Below are positions 25,234 to 38,859 of a DNA stretch of 64,000 nt, piece after piece. The position numbers and the translations under genes are program-made. Source of the DNA: Octopus vulgaris (taxonomy: Eukaryota); contig OX597814.1 in assembly GCA_951406725.2 (NCBI GenBank), forward strand, positions 138,880,001 through 138,944,000, in the 5' to 3' direction. The notes beneath the pieces are model-generated. The model saw only the letters and a list, made by a program, of their open reading frames with translations. It did no database searches and was not told the DNA's origin. How positions within the stretch are numbered: position 1 is the stretch's first letter; each line of letters opens with the position of its first letter.

Positions 25234-26057
25234 CCAAATTTGGAAGTGGTCTAACGATTGGGACCTGTGTCTGAACGTGTCAAAGTGCTGTCATCTGCCT
25301 GTCGGCTCTACTCCTGCAACTAAACTTGATTTCGAGCCGGGTCGTCTGCTGCTGGAGAGGACCGATCAGGTAAAGGACCTGGGTATCTTGGTGGATTCCT
25401 CCTTTTCGCCTTCGGCCCAGTGCGTCCATGCTGCCAACAAAGCGCGCGGAATTCTGTTTTTGATTCGACGGTCATTCGGAATGCTCACAGCAGCCATATT
25501 CCTGCCACTCTATGTCACGCTGGTGAGACCCATATTGGAGTATGGGATTCAAGCCTCTTCTCCTTATCTCCTCAAAGACATACAGCACCTCGAAAGAGTA
25601 CAGAGGCTGGCTACCCGCATGGTTCATGGTTTCAAAAATTTGTCCTACGAAGAAAGGCTGAGGACGCTCGACCTTTGTTCTCTTGAAAAACGCCGCCGCC
25701 GTGGTGATCTCATTCTCGCCCACAACATCATAAGCGGGAAGTGTAACCTCTCGAAAGAGCTGTTCTTCACTCCTGCTCCGGAGCGTCGGCTGCGGGGTCA
25801 TTCCGAAAAGCTCTACCTGCGACGATTTCATCTCAATCGAAGGAGAGGAGCTTTCTCCGTCCGGGTTGCGGATCCGTGGAACAAGCTGCCAGACGAGATG
25901 GTGAAGATGCCGACGACCGCTTTGTTCAAAGCCTCCCTGGACCTCAAGTGGCCTGAACTCTTTACATGAACACCACCCTGTACTTAACTCCATGTCCCCC
26001 TACATGGCCTTGCTATTTGCTTTTGAGCCAAATTAACTAACTAACTAACTAACTAAC
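25234..26057 (+). mobile_element. 5'-truncated CR1-clade LINE with open ORF2 C-terminus (25277-25969) and (CTAA)n tail
   Basis: KDLGILVD...LYVTLVRPILEY...LERVQRLATRMV...LSYEERL...RRRRGDLI...WNKLP; short 3' UTR ending in (CTAA)n. Confidence 0.92.
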
Positions 26058-26151
26058 TTTCGCTCTTTGCTTTAGTCACCAGTATATAGAGAAAGTCTCT
26101 CAGCCTTTTTACATTTGACCCAGCGACACCTCAGAAATGTTACTACTGGAA

Positions 26152-26221
<70 letters not shown>

Positions 26222-27697
26222 TAGAGAGGGTAGGAGAGAGAGTGTGTAAGAGAGTGCGAAATGGCTGCGCCAGGACTTTGCAGGTATTTATTTAGAGCTG
26301 AATGGGCTGGGGCTACGTGAAATGCAGTGTCTCTCCCAAGTACACAACACGCTGCCCGGTGTGGGAATTGATCCTCCATCATTTTGATCATGAGGTCAAC
26401 AACTTAACTACTTGGTCATGGAGCCCTCGCCAGACAAAACCCGAAACGAATATTCATACATGTAATATGTTCTCTGAAGTCTTTTAAAACATAAAGCGTC
26501 AAATAACCATAATGGTTTTTCTAGACATCAGAGTTTTTTTCCCCATCTTGTTTTACAAAATATATCTCTAAATCTCTCCACCGCTCTCTCTTGGTCTTCT
26601 TCTCATGTCTGTCGTCAGTTAATTTCTGCGATCTTTTTACACAATGTCTATTAGTTTACGAAATCCTATAGCTTATCCAATTTAATCAACGCAAGTGTCT
26701 ATCTGTCACAAAACGGACAGACACAAGTAAATTTAAGATAATTAGTCGGTAGTAGCAGCAGTAGCATCACCATTACATCATCAATAAACGTCACCACCAC
26801 TACCACTACCACTTCCTCCACATCCACGAGTAAGCTGTCACTGCAACAATGACCATCGCCGCCATCCTTGTCCATTATGTTTATTGCATTGTGAATGCTA
26901 CCACAGCAAGAAACGCGACAACAACCAGAAAATTCTAATAATAATACAACTAGGTCTGCTGTGTGTAAGGGAGGGGAGAAGATTTTTCCAGAGGAAGTAG
27001 AGAGGAAATATGATGTGGGGAGAAGACGTAGGTAATGGAAGAATTTACAAAGTGAGATAAAATATATACAGAAAAAACAGAAGTAGGTAAAAATAGAGAA
27101 AGGGAAGACAAAAAGGATAGAGAGGTAAAGTGAAAAACAGAGTAAGAATGAGAAATAAAGACCGATTTGATTGTGTGCTTATACCGAAAAAAGAAACACA
27201 GAGTTGTATAACCGAGTAAATAGTTAGAATAGTTGAATAGTTCAAGACAATAGTTAGGTAAGGCTTTTATGATAACGTGTTATCGAACATCCGGTTTAAT
27301 ATCCAGTGCAAAACGAATTGGTAAGATCGGCAGCAATGGTAATGATGTACTGTACAATGCGTTGATAAGTGTGTGTGTGAGTGTGTGCATGTGTGTGTGT
27401 GTGCGCGCGCGCGTGATGTCATGAGGATTTATAAATTTCAAGAGAATGTGGATATCGAAGTAGATAAGGCTATAAATAATAGTGTGAAAATGCGCGTCCT
27501 ACAGGTAGGCTTCAACATTTTCTATGTAACAATGTTTTTTTAACCTAATATATTCACACTACCATTTATAGAAATCCACCGTTGCAAAAATGAAATATAC
27601 ATATTTAGCCTCATTCGCCACCAGGATTAATAGTCCAAATATTCGTCCAAAAGAAGAAATCAATCCTCGTATTCCAGGGATGAGCGGGCGATGATAT

Positions 27698-27778
27698 ACC
27701 TACCTACCTACCTACCTACCTACCTACCTACCTACCTACCTACCAACCAACCAACCGACCTACCTACATACATACATG

Positions 27779-27855
<77 letters not shown>
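27698..27855. repeat. (CCTA)n/(GATA)n compound microsatellite
   Basis: Direct reading. Confidence 0.95.
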
Positions 27856-27856
<1 letters not shown>

Positions 27857-28661
27857 CAAGATACGGTGAATATATATTGTCGTCTAAATTACGCATATAT
27901 TTCTCAAAATTACATTAAAATATCTGGAAATATTAAAGAATAAAGTTATTCAATAAAATCGCAACTCTTCGCAGTGGTTTCCTTGTTTAAGTTGGTGAAT
28001 GCAGCCATATTCCTTGCCTTCAGTTCATTTTTGCTGTTACAATGAGTTTTGTTGGTCTCTCGCTCAATTGCGACCTACACATAATAATCAAGGGGGTTAC
28101 ACTATGGGGAGTTAGGTGGCCAGATGTTAGTGATGTAGTCGCAGAAATTGTCTGACTGCCATGACTGGGTTCTTCTGACTGTGTGGCGTGGCGCAGAATC
28201 CTGTTGCCAGACATAGGGTTATCCAGCAGCTACCGTCTGGACCCATGGCAGCACTACTACCTTCTCCAGGCACTCGATGTAGGCCTCTATGTTGAGTGTG
28301 AGGCCGTGTGGGACGATGAATGGAGGTATGACATTGCCATCACTACTCATCACTCCAAACACCATGAGGTTGAATGGAAGTTTCATTTTTATGAATCTCT
28401 GTTCATGTTTTGGGGACACGACAAGGCAACGGTTGTTCTGTATATTTACCATTTGTCCGTATGGGAGCTACCGGCGTGAATGCCGAGCAGTACAGCATGT
28501 CGTTTCCTAATTCCTGGCGGACTGAATTGCGTCATAGTGGTGTTTTATACACAGACGGTGCCCAACTAACCCTACAATACTGTGTAGTCGACAAAAATAA
28601 GAACAACCAAAGCGCATGTGCGAAATTAAGAATATAAAAGGGTGACAATTTACCTATCGCA
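27855..28661 (-). mobile_element. Internally deleted DD37D (maT-type) Tc1/mariner transposon
   Basis: MVFGVMSSDGNVIPPFIVPHGLTLN...LPWVQTVAAG; colinear with 47692-48592; TIR remnants. Confidence 0.85.
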
Positions 28662-28868
28662 TGAAAAAATAAGTAGAGATGGCTTTTGGAGGAATGTTTT
28701 TTAATGATGATATTTATAGTTACACTAATGAGTTTCGAGCGTTTCGATTGCTGTTTTCAAACTGAAATTCTGTGGTTTACAAGGCTTTATATATATACAT
28801 ATACATATACATATATATATCTATATATATAAATATATGTATGTGTGTATGTATATATATATATATAC

Positions 28869-28920
<52 letters not shown>

Positions 28921-28937
28921 ACACACACACACACGCG

Positions 28938-28969
<32 letters not shown>

Positions 28970-29022
28970 CGGATAGATAGATAGAAAGTTAGATGGACAG
29001 ACAGACAAGCAGACAGATAGAC

Positions 29023-29075
<53 letters not shown>

Positions 29076-29413
29076 TACATACTAAAAAATATGAGTGTGT
29101 GTATAAATGAAGAGAGGGAAAGTGGGAGAAAAAAGATACAAAGAGACAAATAAAGGGAAGGTTGAGGCAGAAAGAGAAAACACCAACAACACAATGCAAT
29201 GGAGTGGCCATTAACACAATAGCAATGGAGCTGAATCAGTGAATACATAACTATGTACGTATGGTGTGCGCTTGTTGTGTGTATGGGTGCGCGTACATGT
29301 GTATATGTGTGCGTGTATCAGAACAACATCAAGGCATAATATAAATCAAGTATTTGGTGAAGTAGTATCATTGTCAATCGCATCAATCGTTTACATCCAA
29401 TAGTTTAATATAT

Positions 29414-30555
29414 TGTTACGGAATCCCCCGTCGTCGCTCGCCCGAACGGCCCACTGGTTCGCCACGGAACCCAAAGAGGCGGAGAGAGGAGATACAACAA
29501 CAACCACAGCATAGCACAGAGATACAGAGGCACAACCCGAGATTCAACCCAAAGAGAGGCAAGGCAACAGAGACACTGGCTTATATTCAAACAACAGTTT
29601 ATACGACAATTACAATTGTTACACATCAAATACATTTAAGGCAAACATTTAAAGGAAACATGCACGTGACTACTCAATACATCATGCAACAGATCAACGC
29701 ATAATACAACAGCATGTAACAAGAGTACAATTCAAAGTTCAACAGTTCTTTAAAGTCTCTTTCTGAACATCACAGATAAAGTCACATCAACAAGTCATTT
29801 ACTCAATTCTGAACATAAACACCACAACTCGATAATCGACATATCGACAGAGTCTCTGACTGTTCTCTTCACTGTTCAATACACAAATCACATACCTCAA
29901 TTCCTAATTGAATCTGCCAGTGTCCCATTCCTCCCAATCCTGCTAATTCCTCTGAATACTGCTAATTCCCTTCTGTGCATATTCCAATCGCCTGCTCCCA
30001 AAATCCCAAGATCCCTGCTGATCTGTCCAAGATCCGTCTGTGTTCTCCGACGACCGCTTAACTGCAAGATCCGTCCTTCCTGACGACCAACTACGAACTA
30101 CAAGATCCGTCTGTGTTCCTCGACGACCGCTCAACGACTGCCAAGACCTCACTTCGTCTCTGTCCTTCTTCCACTCCCTCATCTCCCTCTGTACCGCTCA
30201 CACCCTCCCTAACTGCCCTGGTCCCTATACTCTATCTATATCCTCAATCTGTCCCTTACTGCTTATCCTTTCTATTTGCCCTCTGCTCTTACTCTATCGC
30301 TATCGCCTACTGTCCCTTACCCTCTCCTGACAGCTCTACCATACTCTCTGCCTGTCCCTCTCTGCCCCCTCATCCTCTCTCACGACATATTCAAGGGGTG
30401 CCCAGAGCGACCCCTAATTCATCCGCACAAGGTCACAGGTCATTCCAAAACCCATTAGTCCTCCATTAGACAAAAGACTGTCACATTTTCACCAGACATG
30501 ATGGTGCCATTATTCCTATGTGGGTCACCAGAAATGCACCTAGCCAACCGTAACA
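29414..30555 (-). mobile_element. Solo LTR (Gypsy-like)
   Basis: Termini tgttacgg...ccgtaaca (TG..CA, 8-bp inverted) and 4-bp TSD atat at 29410-29413 and 30556-30559; internal caagatcc tandem units at ~30008-30130. Strand is tentative. Confidence 0.85.
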
Positions 30556-31660
30556 ATATGTTTAAGTATTCATGTTTTTGCCGTTCTCAGTTTTTCATTT
30601 CAATCTTGCTTTGTTCTTTCCCTTTGCGTAGCATGTAATTCGTAGTTTTGTTTAATTAAAAGCACTCAAATATTCAGTTATACATTTATATAAGGATAAT
30701 TTTACACAAACAATCGCATTCGCATAATCTCTCATAGTCATACATGCATACATGCATAGAAATATGTGTGCAAGTGTATGTGTGCGCACATAAAAATACA
30801 CAAGCGCTGATAAATATACACAGACATACACAACACATACACACGCGCACACACATATGATACATACCTTGTTCTAACAAGGGAACATTTTGGCTAAGAA
30901 GTCTAAATCAGTTTATATATGTGTATATGTGTGTGTGACTGTGTCTATGTGCGTGTGAGTGTATGTATGCATACGTACATGCATGCATACATACATGAAT
31001 ACATGCATACATAATGTATGTATAAGTAATTTCTGTGTTGAGGACGCCTGTTGAGGTAGAAGCACATGTTCCGATTTGTCGTCTTGCCTGTAGATAATCG
31101 GACAGTCATTCCCTTAATGGCGTCTTACATCTGAATGTTCTTGATTCAAGAGATTATCTCCCATTGTCGTTTAGATTTGGTTTCGACTGCCATCAAACGA
31201 TTGGTTTGTCTTCCCGGAAGGCGGAGATAATTTAAATAAACCAAAACATTTTCTTGTATGATTATAATATAGCCATATTCTTTTTATATATGCCTTGTTG
31301 CAGTTCTTATATATGCACTTATTACCTCATACACGCACACATAATTTCAATAAACCAAGATTTTTTCTTTTTTTATGATATATAATATAGCTGTTTAAAT
31401 ATATGCCACTAGTGATCTGACTTATTTCACTTTGCTGATTTTCGTTTCAGTTATAAGCATGCATAAATATATATAAACATCTACATGTGTGAATCGCTAC
31501 AGAGTGCAATGATTGAGATATAAAGGTACCAGAGAATGGACGATCTTCAATACCTAGTACAGACTAAAGACTGCCAGTTTTGAATATATGTTTTTCATTT
31601 AGCTTCATGCTATTGAGTAGAATAATTTTCTTGATTGATAATGCAAATTCTCTCTCTTTT

Positions 31661-31805
31661 CTTTTATTATTTTACTTGTTTCAGTCATTTCATTGCAGCC
31701 ATGCTGGAGCACCACCTTAAAGGGTTTTTAGTGAAAGAAATCCACCCCAAAACTTATTCTTTGTAAGTCTAGTACTTACTCTATCGGCTTTTTTTGCTAA
31801 GTTAC

Positions 31806-31857
<52 letters not shown>

Positions 31858-32021
31858 CGACGGGTCATTCCGGTTTCCGTCTACCAAATCCACTCACAAA
31901 GCTTTGATTGGCCTGGGGCTATAGTAGGAGACTGTTGTCCAAGGTGCCGTGCAGTAGGACTGAACTCGGAACCATCTGATTGAGAAGCAGGCTTCTTACC
32001 ACACAGCCACACTTGCGCCTA
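31661..32021 (-). mobile_element. Near full-length family A SINE
   Basis: Minus strand: aggcgcaagtgtggctgtgtggtaag head, gagttcagtcc B-box-like, internal (TG)n, tail gactgaaacaagtaaaa. Confidence 0.88.
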
Positions 32022-32095
32022 TGTATATTTTTAAAGCATTTATATCCACTAATCTTTAAAGCTCTTATATCTGTGTTCTTTAAAAAATATTTATA

Positions 32096-32542
32096 CAGTA
32101 ATCCCTCGAGTATCGTGGGTGTTATGTGCCAAAATCTCCCGTGACAGATGAAAATCCACGTATTATACTGCATAAATTTGTCATCATTTTTATAATTCCT
32201 ATATATTTATTTTATTAGAAATGCAAAACAACACCACTCACTCGCCTCCCGATTTAAGTTTTCCATACAGTATGTGCGATACTTTGTTTACTCATCTACC
32301 GTACACTACGTATTTTAATTAATGCGTTATACAGTACAAAACTGTACTCTATTTATATTTATTGATTTATTAATTTTTAGGCGTGAAAATGCTTATTTTA
32401 CCACAGAAATAAATAAAATCTAAGATACAAATACTTATCGGCTGCAGAAAACTGCGATATAAATTTACATATATTAGCCACAAAAATCCGCGATGTATTG
32501 AGTTCGCAATAGGTGAACCGCGATATGGCGTGGTATTATAGT
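32096..32542. mobile_element. Pogo/Tigger-like MITE
   Basis: ta-cagtaatccctcgagtatcg... and ...ccgcgatatggcgtggtattatag-ta imperfect TIRs; partial related copy at 48728-48880. Confidence 0.7.
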
Positions 32543-32769
32543 ATATCTACTAACCTATTACAGAAAACTAAACTTCCCTAGTACTCAGCTGCCTATATTA
32601 TGTTCTATATGCACTTTATTTTATTCCATTTCACCACTTTATTGTATCCTGTCAATTTTTATTTTCTATTTTATTCAATTTCTTTTCATCTTCCTCCATA
32701 TATCCTTCTAACGGTGTTACCCTTGTTTCTTACTAAAACCCAGCCATGTTGCCCGAGATACATCAACGC

Positions 32770-32826
<57 letters not shown>

Positions 32827-32869
32827 GTGTGTCTGGATGTGATTGGGTATTTGTGTGTATGTATGTATA

Positions 32870-32939
<70 letters not shown>

Positions 32940-33232
32940 CTATTTACCTATTTATATATATATATATATATACACACACAGGCGTGTATGCGCATGTGTG
33001 CGAGTGCGCGCGCAGGCGTTCTTGTGCATCCAATATTGTTTGATTTATATTGATGTTTGACCACAAATAATTAATTAAGCGCAGCAATAAATGAAAACAA
33101 AAAACCCATACCAAAGCGTACTCTTTATGTTGGTGGAACTGAAGTGGCTCGAAAAAGACAGTATTGATGTATCACATTACATGATGTTTTCTAACACAAT
33201 GTTTTGCTTTTTAAATATATATATATATATTT

Positions 33233-33274
<42 letters not shown>

Positions 33275-33589
33275 AGGGAGAAACTGGGAGAGGAGGGACG
33301 GTAGAGGGAGAGCCAGAGACCAATTACATAAACATAGTGTTTTATCCGTCTGGGATCTTTGGCACCTCTCATCGCGATATACTTTTCTCATTGAAAAGCG
33401 AAGAGAAAAACTTTATAATATACACGTTCCAACTCCATGCTACATATATTATTGGCAAGGATGATGGAATAAACGAATCCAAAGACAGACAACAATGCTG
33501 CGGCTGCTGCTGCTGCTGTTGATGATGAGGTGGAGGCGGAGGAGGAGGATTAGAAGAAGCGGGGAGAGGAGAAGGCAGAGAAGAAGAAG

Positions 33590-33722
33590 AAGGCAGAGAA
33601 GAAGAAGGCGAAGAAGAAGAAGAAGAAGAAGAAGAAGAAAAAGAAGAAGAAGAAGAAGAAGAAGAAGAAGAAGAAGAAGAAGAAGAAGAAGAAGAAGAAG
33701 AAGAAGAAGAAGAAGAAGAAGG
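33590..33722. repeat. (GAA)n microsatellite
   Basis: Direct reading. Confidence 0.95.
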
Positions 33723-34019
33723 AAAAGAAAAAATTCTTGGTGTTTGGCAAAGATTTTAATTTCTGAAGCAAATTACTGTAACACTTGTACTTGACTAGTG
33801 TGCTATTAGCTACGGCTCTTTTACATTCTAAAGTCAAACTCTACCGAAATTGCCTATATCTTTCATCCTTCCAGGAGCCACAAAAATAAAGTACCAACGA
33901 AGTACCGGTTTGATTTTATCCTCTCAGTTGCTAGGCTTGTGCGAACCCAAATTACAAATTATCACTTGTGCCAATCGAGGCATTTCCTTGAATTCCTGAA
34001 AAATAACATTGTAGGTCCA

Positions 34020-34440
34020 AACCTAGGGCACCGTTAACGTTCTCACATTCTTTATTCAGAAATTGACAATTCCTTCATAATTTCATCTATTTCTGATGAT
34101 TTGGCTTTGTTGATCACAGCAATGACATTGATGGTGTTGATGTATGCCTGTTTTAAACTCTTTATATCCTTAGAGTTGTTTCCCTTATTGCAAAAGCTAT
34201 ATCACCCATTTACTCTGTTACATTTTGATCGCACAAATTTTAATTCAGAACTTCTCGACCTTTTTCGTCGTCGGTGGTTTCCTAGAAGGTCCTCTTCTTT
34301 GCATTTTATTTCAAAATCTTGTTTTTGTCTGTAAAACATGCTTCTCTTGCCGAATCTCAAAACTCTTTCTGTCTTTGTTTGAAGCTCTTTCTCCAGTGTC
34401 TCTTTTGCTATTGCTATATCCTGCGTCTGTTTGATACTGA
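34020..34440 (-). mobile_element. Old R4/Dong-like LINE fragment upstream of the RT core
   Basis: KPPTTKKVEKF*IKI...GIVNF*IKNV resembles P...E.E.FW..IW...D.I.NFW.K. Confidence 0.5.
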
Positions 34441-34593
34441 GATTTCCTTATTTTTCTATTGAATATCAAAGTCTATTTCGACTCCAATTTTCTTTCCTAT
34501 TTTCCTCTGCTGCGTTGGTCTTTTTCAGACTGTGTCTGTGATGCCCAGATATGTATGAGCTCCTGCTCATCATCGTCGTCGTCGTTGTCGTCG

Positions 34594-34629
<36 letters not shown>

Positions 34630-34899
34630 CCATCATCATCATTACTCTTATTGTTGTTATCGTTGTTGTTTACTCTCATACTTTAGCCATGTTTTGGCTC
34701 TATCTTTAAACGTATAGCCTGATATACTGGTACCATTAAATATATTATTGCGAGGATTTAAACTTGAATTTTAAAGGATCCAACTGTCTACCGATTCTGC
34801 CATCTACACACCAATTTTTGATATTTTGATCAGAATAAGAATTTCTAACACACGCAAAAGGTTACACATTTTGAGGAGTGGTATGGCTTTCTTAAATCG

Positions 34900-35850
34900 A
34901 TCCTAGAATTTGACTTGTTCTAATTTCACCGACCCAGAAGGGACGAAAAGCAAAGCTGATTATATTTGGATTTGAATTCCGAACATAAAAGACCATAATT
35001 AATACCAGAGGGGTCTTTGTCCTTAGTTCTATCGCATCTAATAACCAATACCTCTCAACAAATCCATTTACCTGTTGCATGTGTACCGTAATTTCCAAAA
35101 CAATAAACCACGCTCTGTTAGGATATCCTATACTGACCTCCACCAAATAATATGGAGACACAATGAAACAGCAAAGCTGCTCTACGTACGACTGCCCACC
35201 AAGTTCCAACTCCTTCGAGAGCAAAAATGAAAAATTTCATGATCATATGATACTCGTATGATGCTTCATATATCTTAGAAAATGTTGATGTGCGAATACT
35301 ATGGAACTTCACCATATTTTTACTGATAATAAATATGGTTATCGTCCTATTTGCAATCGATTTGTCTAGAACGATGCACAGTCACTTCTATGGTGGTATT
35401 AATAGATTATCTATATGGAGAGACATAAGCACGTTCCGGATATTAACCATGATAGGAACATTAAATACTGTTTGGACATTCCTACATTGCATTTATTAGA
35501 CAGACACCAGGTAACACATAATAAGTTTGGTATCATTTTTCATGACAAAGACTGACAATAATGTGTTAATAATCGACTTAGCAATACCAAATTACTATAA
35601 TGTTCTGCAGAATAAAGATGAAAGGCTAGGAGATTACATCGACTTAACTGTTGAATTAAAACTATTAAGACTGTTAAGAAATGTGTTTTCCATCCTATTT
35701 GCAATCGATACAACGAAAATGATGCGCAGCCACTTCTATCAAGATATTAATAGATTAACAATAAGGATAGACATAGGCACGTTCCGGAAATTAGTCATAA
35801 TAAGAGATTTAAACATTGTTAGGTCATTCTCACATAGCGTTTGTTAACAT
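34900..35850 (+). mobile_element. Old R4/Dong-like LINE 3' region (CCHC knuckle and RLE) with tandem-duplicated end
   Basis: CCMC...TINHALLGYPIL...WRHN; IIDLAIPN...DYIDLTVELK...IVRSF. 35330-35500 and 35680-35847 are paralogous. Confidence 0.65.
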
Positions 35851-36026
35851 GGATCATTTATATCAATGTTTTCTAGTCTTTTATCTTTTAATTTTTGCTT
35901 GTTCCAGTAATTGTACTGCATCCATTCTGTAACACCGCCTTGGTGTATTTAATCGAAGAAATCGCCTGCAGTTATCAAGAGATAGGTGGGGGACAGACAC
36001 AAACTTAAACACAAGCACACACACTC

Positions 36027-36066
<40 letters not shown>

Positions 36067-36083
36067 GGAGAGAAAGAAAGAAA

Positions 36084-36125
<42 letters not shown>

Positions 36126-36240
36126 ACGATAGATAAATAGATAGATAGATAGATAGATAGAGAGGGAGAGAGAGAGAGAGACAGAGAGACAGACAGACAG
36201 ACAGACAGGCAGACAGATAGATAGATAGATAGATAGATAT

Positions 36241-37330
36241 GTTTCTTTATTAGCCACACAGGGCTGCACACAGATAGAACAAATTACAAGGTAGGGCTTT
36301 TCTTTTGAAGGTTTAAAAAAAAAAAAAGGAAGGGGGAGTTTCGATCAAAAGGGATCGTAAAAGGAGAGAAAGAGGACAAAAAAAAGGGGGGTTTAAAAAA
36401 AAAGGGGGAGAGGAAAAAAAAAAAAATTGATCAATAGGGATCGTTATCACAGAAATGTCAATATGAAGTGTAAAGGGGAGGACAGGTGAGGTTTACCCGT
36501 GGAAAGAAAAGCCTACGGAAAAGACCACGGTAACCTCGGTCAATGAAGTCACATTTTATATTTCTTTTTTTTTTTTTTTTTGCAAATAAGCAACTCTCTG
36601 TTTTCGATTTCTGGGTTCATAGGACTATGCTCAAGGTGGCTTCGTCATTCATACGTGCCATTCTTGCTACATTCACCCATCTTTTTTAAAACATTCGCTA
36701 GACAAAACTTGCCTCTCTACTCTCACTTTCCTTTTCAAGTGGTACTTGAAGAAGTTGATGAGAGATTGACCAGAGAGGAAAGTGTTTGTCTCCAATCCTT
36801 TCAGACGCGTCCACCAGATACATTCTTTCGCCATAGCCACAAGGATGATGAAAATAGCTCTTCCTTCCCGTTTGAAGGAAGGAGGCGTGACAATATTGAC
36901 GATAGACTCAGCTGATAAACCGACTCGTCCCACACGTGACAGCAGTTGTTCGACATAAGCCCACAGGTCGGAAATTGTTGGACACTGAACGAGTGCGTGC
37001 AGAACGGTTTCGTCGCTCTGACCGCATCTCGGGCAGGTCGGCCCCGTGTTTCTCGAGCCGTGTCTGTAGAGCTTATCCCGAACGGGTAGCGCTTCTCGGT
37101 AGCACTGCCAGGCCAGGGATCTCTGGAAGTTGTCCATGGGCCCTGGCCCGAAAGTCGTCCTGAACAGGCGGGTCAGGTACTCCTCGTCGACGTCCAGGTT
37201 CGCCCCGAGCTCGTCGTCGTACCTCCCCTCCACTAAACCCCTATAGAATGCTTTGGTTGTGTTGAAGTCACTTAAGGTCGACCCAGGACGGCAGAGTTGC
37301 TTGAGAGCAACGCGACACTCGCGGTGCCGG
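36241..37330 (-). mobile_element. 5'-truncated Tx1/L1-group LINE 3' end
   Basis: ORF 36673-37233 with LAWQCYREALPV...CPRCGQSDETVLHALVQC (CCHC); T-rich 3' UTR ending aataaagaaac next to (TATC)n. Confidence 0.85.
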
Positions 37331-37436
37331 GGCTAAACCCGAAACCTTGTGTGTTCGACACACAACCATTCCTGCGAAGAGGAATCTTATTCTTTTATTT
37401 TTATGCAAGAAACAAAATTATTTGATTGATGATACT

Positions 37437-38192
37437 ACATGGAAAAATGGGAGCAAGAGAATTATATTCTTAAGATTATATAACTGGAAAAGTACAGGAC
37501 AAGTTTATTACACTTGGAAAAGTTCAGGACAAGTTATTACATCTGGTAAAGTACAGAACAAGAAAATTTTTACTTAAAATGTTGTCACTAAGGATAAAAT
37601 TTCAAATAAAATATTTAGATTTAGAAAATATAAACTTTTATTACTTCTATTTGTTATTACTTGTTACTTCCATTAAAAATATTAAAAAAAGCTCAAAATA
37701 TTTTTTACACTTTAAAAAATTCATTTTTGTTTTTAGATAATTGATTAATAATTAGAAATTTGAAAATAGGTTATAAAAATACTAGTAGTGCATAATTAGT
37801 TAGTGCAATAAACAGAATAATACAAAAATTAGTTATATGTTACAGTATAGTTTTAACTCAATGTCTATTTTTTTACATAATGAATTAGCCTACCATATAT
37901 ACTATTCTACTTTGCATAAAACTTTAGCTATATTGGTACTTCTGGCTCTCACTTTTTTTAAGTATTCTAGTATGTCATTATTTTAACAAAATGATGTTAC
38001 CTTTTTTAATTATAATGTTACTTTGTAAATTAAAATCAAATAATATTTAATATTCGGATTTTATCCTTAGCTGCAATATTTCAAGTAAAAATGTTCTTGT
38101 TCTGTACTTTACCAGATGTAATAACTTGTCCTGAACTTTTCCAGGTTTATAATCTTAAGAATATTATTTCCCTTGCTCGCATTTTTCCATAT
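37437..38192. mobile_element. Long-TIR fold-back element (MULE/Foldback-like MITE)
   Basis: About 150-180 bp inverted arms (37437-37617 vs 38040-38192), including ggaaaagttcaggacaagttattacatctggtaaagtacagaacaagaa; AT-rich non-coding centre. Confidence 0.8.
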
Positions 38193-38859
38193 AATCCATG
38201 TTTTTTCCAGGCTATGCTATTATGCTAATTAATAATGTGTCAAATGTGTCAATTAGTAGTGTCGTTGATAACTTTTTCCTTACCTCAGTGATGCTGGTGA
38301 CATATTAAAAGTTCCTTATAGAACTATATTCATAAGAAACTATATTATCACCCTCAAATTTAAGAAACAAATACTCATAACTTTTTCCTCATAAAATTTC
38401 ATTGCATCAGATTGATACCATAAAATTCTCAAATTGAGCTCTATCATTTAAGCATAATTAAACTACAGCTTGTTTTTAAAATAAAAAAGGTTAATTATGC
38501 TTTAATCCAATTTTCGCCTTACTTATATTTTTTTCATGATATTTTATCTCACAACATTTTTATACAAATTTTTGTTGCATAAGGCCAAAACTATGAAATT
38601 CGTAATGCTTTCTTCTATCATTGAAGCTAAGATAAAGATATTTTGCTTTTAAAATTAAAAAAAGTTATTTATATGTAAACTTGATTGGTGGCGTTACGTA
38701 CTCTCCTATAACGTTGGTATAAATTTTGATATAAACTTTTTCTACTGGACCAGATCTCGGTTTTTTTAATGCCAAAATGTAGCTCTTCAAAAATGTTAAC
38801 AGTTTTCCGTTTGTTTAAGAACTGAATTAGCGACAGGTTCTGAAATGCTGCGTGTGACT

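Noticed and set aside
25420-25993. Alternative-frame and antisense ORFs over the CR1 fragment
   Set aside because: By-products of a GC-rich LINE ORF.
30008-30130. Spaced caagatcc repeats resembling a CRISPR array
   Set aside because: The intervening sequences are similar to one another and lie inside a eukaryotic solo LTR; no cas genes.
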